A model generated the notes under the pieces. It was not told where the DNA came from. It made no database searches and was given only the letters and a program-made list of their open reading frames with translations. Below, in pieces: positions 45,446 to 52,296 of a DNA stretch of 64,000 nucleotides (positions within the stretch are counted from its first letter, which is position 1; each line of letters begins with the position of its first letter). Made by a program: the position numbers and the translations under genes. Source of the DNA: Bacteroidales bacterium (GTDB taxonomy: Bacteria; Bacteroidota; Bacteroidia; Bacteroidales; WCHB1-69); contig JAGCSI010000146.1 in assembly GCA_017964255.1 (NCBI GenBank), forward strand, positions 5,860 to 69,859, given 5' to 3'.

Positions 45446-46398
45446 TACATATAGAGAACAAAAAGACCACGGAACTGAGCAGGGAAGACCTGGAGCAGAT
45501 ACGGAAAGGATTCAACGACACCTTCTCGCTCGACAGGCCATTTGACGTGTTTATGAACCAGTATGTGCAGAATGCCTTTGGCTATTCGTGGCACAACGTG
45601 GTCTATGACGACGACAAGGTGGTGGGGCATATCTGTGCGGTACCCAGTTACTATTGGTGCGACGGAGAGAAAGTGGTGTTTGTGGACGGAGTGGATGCGT
45701 TTATCCTGAAAGAATACCGTGACGGAGAGATCTTTCTGGAGCAGTTGCAGTCCTACTTCGGACACATGAAGGAGATAGGTGCCAAACTGATGGTGGGCTT
45801 TCCCGATGCCAAGGTGATGAAGCTTTACGCCAAAACCAAGGTATATAAGAAGATAGGCGAGATGCAGACCTATATCCTGCCCTATAGGGTTGGGGGTATA
45901 AAACCCTCGTTGAAGCTCTTCAATTGGGCATCGGAAGCGTTTGCTTGGTGCTATGTGGGGCTGACAGGACTTTTTGCCAGCAAGGAAGTCACTAAATTCA
46001 AGATTGAGAAAGACACCGAATCGTTCAATGCCACCCGCTACAAACGGATGGATGGCGATTACCAAATAGTGAAGAACGGAGATGTGGAGTTCTTCTATAA
46101 GTGTATGCCCTTCAAGGGCGTGAGGGCTGCTTTCCTGATTGACGTAACAGGTAAGTCGGCCAAACACTTCAATCAGGCGGTGAAATACATCCTGATGCAT
46201 AACCGCAAGGAGTTTGACCTCATACTGTATGTGGGCAACCTCTATTTCAAGAACAGCGGCCTGATCAAGGTTCCGGCCAAGTTCGCCCCCAAGCAGTTCA
46301 ACTTCATCATCAAGTTCTTCGATAAGAACTACAACAACGACATGGTGAAAGAAATCAGGAACTGGGATGTGAATTTGGCGACGTATGATGTGATATAA
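45442..46398 (+). CDS. Hypothetical protein; possible acyl-ACP-dependent acyltransferase (inferred from context only)
   Basis: 318 aa. The start overlaps the upstream stop. It has no motif I can name, and it is the last gene of the fabD-ACP-fabG-fabH-MBL block. Confidence 0.5.
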   Translation: MIHIENKKTTELSREDLEQIRKGFNDTFSLDRPFDVFMNQYVQNAFGYSWHNVVYDDDKVVGHICAVPSYYWCDGEKVVFVDGVDAFILKEYRDGEIFLEQLQSYFGHMKEIGAKLMVGFPDAKVMKLYAKTKVYKKIGEMQTYILPYRVGGIKPSLKLFNWASEAFAWCYVGLTGLFASKEVTKFKIEKDTESFNATRYKRMDGDYQIVKNGDVEFFYKCMPFKGVRAAFLIDVTGKSAKHFNQAVKYILMHNRKEFDLILYVGNLYFKNSGLIKVPAKFAPKQFNFIIKFFDKNYNNDMVKEIRNWDVNLATYDVI

Positions 46399-46543
46399 GA
46401 AGAAACTTCAAACTTTAAACAAATTATAGTAGACTTTGTTCTCTTGGACACGAACGTTTACCTGCATTGTCAGGCATTCGACACCTTGCCCTTGAAGGAA
46501 ATTGTCTGGGCAATGGATGAGATGGCTGTGTTGTAAAAATTAA

Positions 46544-46690
46544 ATACGGCAATAGGCTTTTACGCGCAGCCATTGCCGTATTGGGGCAGAAGGGTAATCC
46601 ACACAGCCCGGATGCCCCTAACCATAAGTGGGTGGGTCAACGCTGGTCTCTCAAAGATGGTTCAATTTCCAGCGTTCCTGCCCGTTTTTT
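46544..46690 (+). ncRNA. Candidate structured leader RNA, copy D (three hairpins plus a T-run)
   Basis: H1 is ATACGGCAAT/ATTGCCGTAT (46544-53/46572-81), H2 is GGGGCA/TGCCCC and H3 is AACGCTGG/CCAGCGTT (46639-46/46669-76). The H3 loop TCTCTCAAAGATGGT is conserved. A TTTTTT run follows at 46685-90. The element lies upstream of the ATG at 46769. Confidence 0.55.
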
Positions 46691-46768
46691 GTAATTGAAT
46701 CTGAAAAAAAGAATCCTATAAGTTGTGAATATCAACTATACCTTCATAAAAGAATAAACAAGATTACT

Positions 46769-47635
46769 ATGAATATACTGACATTCGACGTAGAAGAATG
46801 GTTCCACCTTCTCGATTTCGATGCCACTCGCACCGAAGCCGACTGGGGGAAGTATGAGGTGAGGATACATGAGAATGTGGAACGCGTGTTTCGAATCCTG
46901 GAAGACACGAATACCAAGGCTACTTTTTTCATCATTGGCTGGATAGCGAAAACCTACCCCGAACTGGTAAAGAAAATAGCTGAGAAGTATCAGATTGGTT
47001 CGCACACGATGACGCATCAATTGGTATGGCAACAGAGTAGGGAAGCGTTCAAAGAGGATGTATCGGCTTCCATCAAACTGTTGGAAGACATTAGCGGTAA
47101 AGCTGTGGAATGTTTCCGGGCTCCGGGATTCTCTATTAGGGAGAGCGAAGCATGGGCTTTTGAAACGCTGGCGGAACTTGGGATAAAGTACGACAGTAGC
47201 GTTTTTCCTGCTCCAGCCTCGCATGGGGGAATGCCAAGTTATGGTGCGGCGGTGCCATCGATAATGGAGGTTGGCGGTGTGCAGATGAAGGAATTCCCTA
47301 TTCCGTATCACTCTTTTGCAGGCCGACATATCGTCTTCAACGGAGGTGGTTATTTCCGTCTGATGCCCTATCGTATCATCAGGAAGTGGACGAAGGAGAT
47401 CGCGGGTCAAGCCCGCGATGAGGGTTATTGTCTGAGTTACATTCATCCTCGTGACCTGGATGCCGGTCAACCTATGTTGGAAGGCCTTCCCGCCACCCGT
47501 AAGTTCAAGAGTTACGTTGGCTTGAAAGGCGCAGAAAACAAGCTACGGAAGTATTTGACGGAATTTGGGTTTATGGATATTGCCACGGCAGAGAAATTGG
47601 TGGATTGGAAGAATGCACCGGTGGTGCAATTATGA
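46769..47635 (+). CDS. Polysaccharide deacetylase family protein (DUF3473-type C-terminus)
   Basis: The ATG at 46769 is preferred (MNILTFDVEEWFH). HTMTH is also present. It carries an in-frame palindromic insert (EIAGQARDEG). Confidence 0.8.
   Translation: MNILTFDVEEWFHLLDFDATRTEADWGKYEVRIHENVERVFRILEDTNTKATFFIIGWIAKTYPELVKKIAEKYQIGSHTMTHQLVWQQSREAFKEDVSASIKLLEDISGKAVECFRAPGFSIRESEAWAFETLAELGIKYDSSVFPAPASHGGMPSYGAAVPSIMEVGGVQMKEFPIPYHSFAGRHIVFNGGGYFRLMPYRIIRKWTKEIAGQARDEGYCLSYIHPRDLDAGQPMLEGLPATRKFKSYVGLKGAENKLRKYLTEFGFMDIATAEKLVDWKNAPVVQL
47396..47424. repeat. Palindromic element GAG-ATCGCGGG-TCAAG-CCCGCGAT-GAGGG, in frame in the deacetylase
   Basis: This 29-mer is identical to 49569-49597 in fnlB and is read in the same frame in both genes. 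Confidence 0.95.
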
Positions 47636-47662
47636 GATTGCGGGTCTTTGCCCGCGATGAGG
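47634..47662. repeat. Palindromic element, intergenic copy abutting the deacetylase stop codon
   Basis: The sequence is GAG-ATTGCGGG-TCTTTG-CCCGCGAT-GAGGT, and it overlaps the TGA at 47633-35. Confidence 0.9.
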
Positions 47663-47701
47663 TAGAACAGTGATAAAAACAAAAATAATAAAAAATATTA
47701 A

Positions 47702-48793
47702 ATGAGTGTATTTCAAGACAAAACCCTCCTGATTACAGGAGGTACAGGCAGTTTCGGCAATGCTGTGCTGCGTAGGTTTTTAGACAGCGACATCAAGGAA
47801 ATCCGTATCTTGAGCCGCGATGAGAAGAAACAGGACGATATGCGCCACTACTTGCAGGCGCAGCGTCCGGATGTGTTCCACAAGGTGAAATTCTATATCG
47901 GCAACGTGCGTCAACGCGAGGCGGTGGACTTCGCCATGGGTGGGGTGGACTATGTGTTCAGCGCGGCTGCCCTGAAGCAGGTGCCCAGCTGCGAGTTCTT
48001 CCCTATGGAGGCGGTGCGCACCAATGTAGAGGGAACGAACAATGTGTTGTTGAGCGCTATTGCCCATGGTGTGAAAAATGTGGTGGTGCTCAGTACGGAC
48101 AAGGCAGCTTACCCCATCAATGCGATGGGTATCAGCAAGGCGATGATGGAAAAAGTGGCTATTGCGCAAGGCCGAGCCTTGGGTGAAGGAGCCGCTACCA
48201 CAATTTGCTGCACCCGTTACGGTAACGTAATGGCTAGCCGTGGTTCTGTTATTCCCCTTTGGGTGGAACAGATGATGGAAGGCAAGCCCATCACCATCAC
48301 CGACCCCAACATGACCCGCTTCATGATGACGCTGGATGATGCGGTGGATCTGGTTATTTATGCATTTACCCATGGCCACAATGGTGACCTCTTCGTGCAA
48401 AAAGCGCCTGCCGCTACACTCTCTGTGCTGGCACAGGCCCTGAAGGAGACTTATGCTAAGCTTGATCCCAAATACGGTGAGACGGAAGTGAAGGTGATTG
48501 GCACGCGCCACGGCGAGAAGCTCTATGAGACGCTGGTGACCCGCGAGGAGATGGCCCGCGCCATCGACATGGGCAATTACTTCAGGATTCCCTGCGATAG
48601 CCGCGACCTGAACTACGACAAGTATTTCACCGAGGGCAGTGAGGATATCTCCCGCATTGAGGACTATCACAGTCACAACACGGGTCAGCTTGACGTGGAG
48701 GGTATGAAGGAACTGCTCCTGAAATTAAGGTTTATACGTGAGGACTTGGGATTAGAGCCCAGAGCAAAGAGTAAGGATATTAGATCTGAATAA
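47702..48793 (+). CDS. fnlA: UDP-GlcNAc 4,6-dehydratase/5-epimerase (FnlA/Cap5E/WbjB)
   Basis: 363 aa. It has the hallmark N-terminus KTLLITGGTGSFGNAVLRRFLDSDIKEIRILSRDEKKQDDM. Confidence 0.88.
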   Translation: MSVFQDKTLLITGGTGSFGNAVLRRFLDSDIKEIRILSRDEKKQDDMRHYLQAQRPDVFHKVKFYIGNVRQREAVDFAMGGVDYVFSAAALKQVPSCEFFPMEAVRTNVEGTNNVLLSAIAHGVKNVVVLSTDKAAYPINAMGISKAMMEKVAIAQGRALGEGAATTICCTRYGNVMASRGSVIPLWVEQMMEGKPITITDPNMTRFMMTLDDAVDLVIYAFTHGHNGDLFVQKAPAATLSVLAQALKETYAKLDPKYGETEVKVIGTRHGEKLYETLVTREEMARAIDMGNYFRIPCDSRDLNYDKYFTEGSEDISRIEDYHSHNTGQLDVEGMKELLLKLRFIREDLGLEPRAKSKDIRSE

Positions 48794-48794
48794 G

Positions 48795-50159
48795 ATGAAA
48801 ATACTAGTTACCGGAGCCAAAGGCTTTGTGGGTAAAAACCTTTGTGCCCAATTAAGGAATATCAGGGATGGCAAAGCCCGGAATTATGCCGTGCAAATTG
48901 AGGAGATTTTCGAGTACGACATTGATTCCACACCAGAGGAATTGGAACTGGCCTGCCGAGAGGCGGACTTTGTATTCAACCTCGCCGGGGTGAACCGTCC
49001 GAAGGAAACCTCTGAGTTTATGGCGGGCAACTTCGGCTTTGCCTCTACTTTGCTTGATACTTTGAAGAAGCACGGCAATAAGTGCCCAATCATGCTCAGC
49101 AGTTCGCAGCAGGCAAGTCTGACGGGACGATTCGGGAATTCCGAATATGGAAGAAGTAAAAAAGCCGGAGAGGATCTCTTCTTGGAGTACGAAAGGGAGT
49201 TTTTGCAAGCAGCTCCTCATGCCGCAGTTGATGCGGCATCTCCAGGAGATTGCGGGTTTTCGCCCGCAATGAGGGATCAAGCCCGCGATGAGGGATTAAG
49301 ACCTCGTGTCTTAATCTACCGTTTCCCGAACCTTTTTGGCAAGTGGTGCCGGCCCAATTATAATTCCGCGGTGGCCACCTTCTGCAACGCTGTGGCGAAC
49401 GATTTGCCTTATACGGTGAATGATCCGTCTGTGGAACTGGAACTTCTGTACATTGATGACCTTGTGGAAGAAATGATTGCCTGTCTGCAGGGAAAGGAGC
49501 ACAGATGTGAGTTTGAAGGGCTGGAAGTAATCCCGACTCCTCATGCCGGACTTGATGCGGCATCTCCTGAGATCGCGGGTCAAGCCCGCGATGAGGGAAT
49601 AAACGTGGGCCGCTATTGTTACGTGCCAACCACCCACAAGGCTACTTTGGGTGAGATTGTGGATTTGCTGAATTCCTTTGCGGCACAGCCGTCAACGCTG
49701 ATGATTCCCGAGATTCCCGCCAACAGTTTTGCAAAGAAACTGTACTCTACATATCTCTCCTATTTGCCTAAGGAGAAGGCCGCCTTTCCGCTGAAGATGA
49801 ACGTAGACGACCGTGGCTCATTCACAGAGCTGGTGCATACGCCCAGTTGCGGTCAGGTGAGCATCAACATTTCCAAGCCCGGCATCACCAAGGGCCAGCA
49901 CTGGCATCACACCAAATTCGAGCAGTTCATTGTGGTAAAGGGTCATGGCCTGATTCAGCAACGTAACCTCAACGACCCTGAGGGCAAGATTTTGGAATGG
50001 GAGGTGAGCGGCGACAACATCCAGGCGGTTCACATGCTCCCGGGATACACCCACAACATCATCAACCTCAGTGACACCGAAGATCTTGTCACTGTCATGT
50101 ATTGCAACGAGATTTTCGATCCCAATAAACCGGATACATTTTTTGAAAAAGTTAAATAA
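48795..50159 (+). CDS. fnlB: FnlB/Cap5F/WbjC-type reductase (SDR plus C-terminal cupin) with two in-frame repeat insertions
   Basis: 454 aa. It has the N-terminal KILVTGAKGFVGKN and a C-terminal cupin region (GITKGQHWHHTK). About 60-85 extra residues are encoded by palindromic elements. Confidence 0.8.
   Translation: MKILVTGAKGFVGKNLCAQLRNIRDGKARNYAVQIEEIFEYDIDSTPEELELACREADFVFNLAGVNRPKETSEFMAGNFGFASTLLDTLKKHGNKCPIMLSSSQQASLTGRFGNSEYGRSKKAGEDLFLEYEREFLQAAPHAAVDAASPGDCGFSPAMRDQARDEGLRPRVLIYRFPNLFGKWCRPNYNSAVATFCNAVANDLPYTVNDPSVELELLYIDDLVEEMIACLQGKEHRCEFEGLEVIPTPHAGLDAASPEIAGQARDEGINVGRYCYVPTTHKATLGEIVDLLNSFAAQPSTLMIPEIPANSFAKKLYSTYLSYLPKEKAAFPLKMNVDDRGSFTELVHTPSCGQVSINISKPGITKGQHWHHTKFEQFIVVKGHGLIQQRNLNDPEGKILEWEVSGDNIQAVHMLPGYTHNIINLSDTEDLVTVMYCNEIFDPNKPDTFFEKVK
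49215..49294. repeat. Composite palindromic element, in frame in fnlB (insert A)
   Basis: It reads CCTC-ATGCCGC-AGTTGAT-GCGGCAT-CTCC, then ATTGCGGG-TTTTCG-CCCGCAAT-GAGGG, then the half-site TCAAG-CCCGCGAT-GAGGG. Confidence 0.9.
49539..49597. repeat. Composite palindromic element, in frame in fnlB (insert B)
   Basis: It reads CCTC-ATGCCG-GACTTGAT-GCGGCAT-CTCC, then ATCGCGGG-TCAAG-CCCGCGAT-GAGGG. Confidence 0.9.
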
Positions 50160-50165
50160 AAAGAT

Positions 50166-51323
50166 ATGGCTTCTTTTAAAGATAATGGAAAACTTAAGCT
50201 TCTCATCATTGTAGGCACACGACCAGAGATTATCCGTCTGGCGGCAGTGATTAACAAATGTAGGCAATACTTTGACTGCCTGCTGGCGCATACAGGACAG
50301 AATTATGACTATAACCTGAACGGGGTGTTTTTCAAAGACCTCGGTCTGGCTGACCCAGATGTGTATATGGAAGCTGTAGGTAAGGATCTGGGCGAGACGA
50401 TGGGCAACATCATCGCCAAGAGCTACCAGCTGATGGTGGAGGTGCAGCCCGAGGCAGTCCTTGTTCTCGGCGACACCAATAGCTGCTTGTCGGTTATTGG
50501 TGCCAAGCGACTGCATATCCCCATCTTCCACATGGAGGCTGGCAACCGCTGCAAGGACGAGTGTCTGCCCGAGGAGACCAACCGCAGGATTGTGGATATT
50601 ATTTCTGATGTGAACATGGCTTATTCTGAACATGCCCGTCGCTATCTGGCCGATTGCGGGCTGCCCAAGGAAAGGACTTATGTGACGGGTAGCCCGATGG
50701 CGGAGGTGCTGCACAATAATCTGGCATCGATTGAGGCGTCGGATATTCACCAGCGGCTGGGCTTGGAGAAAGGCAAGTATATACTGCTTTCGGCACACCG
50801 TGAGGAGAACATCGATACTGAAAAGAACTTCCTTTCGCTGTTCAACGCCATTAATGCTATGGCGGAGAAATACGATATGCCGATCCTCTATAGTTGCCAT
50901 CCCCGTAGCAGAAAGCGTTTGGAGGCCAGTGGATTCAAACTTGACGAGAGAGTGATTCAGCATGAGCCGCTCGGATTCCATGACTATAATTGTCTGCAGA
51001 TGAATGCCTTTGCGGTGGTTTCGGATTCGGGCACTCTGCCGGAAGAGAGTTCCTTTTTCACGTCGGTGGGTCATCCGTTCCCTGCGATCTGTATCCGCAC
51101 ATCGACCGAGCGCCCTGAGGCATTGGACAAGGCCTGCTTCTTTATTGCCGGTATAGATGAGAAGTCGTTGCTGCAAGCGGTTGAGACGGCTGTTTCGATG
51201 AACCTTGCCGGTGACCATGGCATCCCTGTACCGGATTATGTGGATGAGAACGTCAGCACCAAAGTAGTGAAGATCATCCAAAGCTACACGGGCATTGTGA
51301 ACAAGATGGTGTGGAGGAAGTAA
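50166..51323 (+). CDS. fnlC: UDP-N-acetylglucosamine 2-epimerase, non-hydrolysing (FnlC/Cap5G/WbjD)
   Basis: 385 aa. It has LKLLIIVGTRPEIIRL, VLGDTNS and HMEAGNR. Confidence 0.88.
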   Translation: MASFKDNGKLKLLIIVGTRPEIIRLAAVINKCRQYFDCLLAHTGQNYDYNLNGVFFKDLGLADPDVYMEAVGKDLGETMGNIIAKSYQLMVEVQPEAVLVLGDTNSCLSVIGAKRLHIPIFHMEAGNRCKDECLPEETNRRIVDIISDVNMAYSEHARRYLADCGLPKERTYVTGSPMAEVLHNNLASIEASDIHQRLGLEKGKYILLSAHREENIDTEKNFLSLFNAINAMAEKYDMPILYSCHPRSRKRLEASGFKLDERVIQHEPLGFHDYNCLQMNAFAVVSDSGTLPEESSFFTSVGHPFPAICIRTSTERPEALDKACFFIAGIDEKSLLQAVETAVSMNLAGDHGIPVPDYVDENVSTKVVKIIQSYTGIVNKMVWRK

Positions 51324-51678
51324 AGAATTGTTATATTACAATCTTATTGATTTTAGACACTTCATGTGTGTAGGAGTAAGCAACTGCCATCACGCATTCA
51401 TTGTCCAACTTTCATTGATTATTGTGTTGTCAATAATGAAACTCATTATTAATTCAAGAACTCATTTATTCACTAAAATACAGAAAGGAGGGCATATGAC
51501 GCCAGTAAAATTATTTTTATTTCAGTTAAGGAAGTTCTTTTCCGCAACTACTTTTGTCAGTTTCTTAGAAACTCTTTGGGCAATCGGGTGCTCCGTGGTG
51601 GCAGGGATTATCCCTGCAAAAAAATAACCACTTATTATAGTATTGCAAGTTTTAGCAGAGTGTAAAGAAAAGGATATC

Positions 51679-52077
51679 ATGAAAATAGACAAAGAACTAT
51701 TGGATGATTTAACGGGGCGTGCCAAGGCATCGCCCCGTTTGCGGATGAATTGCGACCTTCGCAACGGCGCCGAGGACAGTTCCCAGCGTATGCTCAACGC
51801 TATCGAGCCTGGTACTGTGCTGCCGATTCATCGCCATAGGGAGAGCTCCGAGACGGTGGTGATGCTGCGTGGCAAAGGCCGTTGGAATTACTTCGATGAC
51901 AACGGCAACCTCACAGAGTCTTTCCTCCTTTCCGCCGATGGCGACCTCCGTGGCCTCTCCGTCCCGCAAGGCCAGTGGCATAACGCCGAGAGCCTCGAAA
52001 CAGGCACGGTGATCCTGGAATGCAAGAATGGGAAGTATGACCCGAAGGGGACGGAAGAGTTTCGGAATAAAAGTTAG
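51679..52077 (+). CDS. wbuC: WbuC-family cupin-fold protein
   Basis: The ATG at 51679 is preferred. It has a cupin HRH (LPIHRHRESSE) and QGQWHN. Its position after fnlC is the usual one for wbuC. Confidence 0.7.
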   Translation: MKIDKELLDDLTGRAKASPRLRMNCDLRNGAEDSSQRMLNAIEPGTVLPIHRHRESSETVVMLRGKGRWNYFDDNGNLTESFLLSADGDLRGLSVPQGQWHNAESLETGTVILECKNGKYDPKGTEEFRNKS

Positions 52078-52152
52078 TATTGAGATAGGTATGGAGTTGT
52101 GAGAGTGCGTCAGTAACTACGGCATGCCAAAGTGGAAGATGATAACACATAT
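51944..52152. repeat. Left boundary repeat: wbuC 3' end plus 40 nt, fused to a 34-nt piece of the distal AbiJ-like gene
   Basis: 51944-52117 aligns with 61746-61918 with scattered substitutions. 52119-52152 is identical to 62749-62782. Confidence 0.85.
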
Positions 52153-52296
52153 AAAATGAGAGTTGTCTTTTACAAACCCAGACCAAACATCATGGGTAAA
52201 AACATATAGAAAACGGAAGAAACATTGGAGAAGCCTATAAGTCTTGTTGTTAAAGTTAGACAATAGTATTTAACCTCCATATTTTTACATTGCATT

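Noticed and set aside
46628-46768. N-terminal extension of the deacetylase ORF from a GTG at 46628
   Set aside because: The extension overlaps the conserved hairpins of the leader element and has no protein-like conservation. The canonical N-terminus MNILTFDVEEWFH starts at 46769.
44813-51281. A series of long minus-strand ORFs (44813..45409, 45436..46200, 46736..47470, 47780..48676, 49096..49629, 49818..51281)
   Set aside because: All are antisense to well-supported + strand enzymes in the GC-richer block, where stop codons are rare by composition. None shows a motif.
51328-51627. 99-aa ORF between fnlC and wbuC
   Set aside because: It has a TTG start and an AT-rich, low-information sequence with no motif. 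It is treated as spacer; see the low-interest finding.
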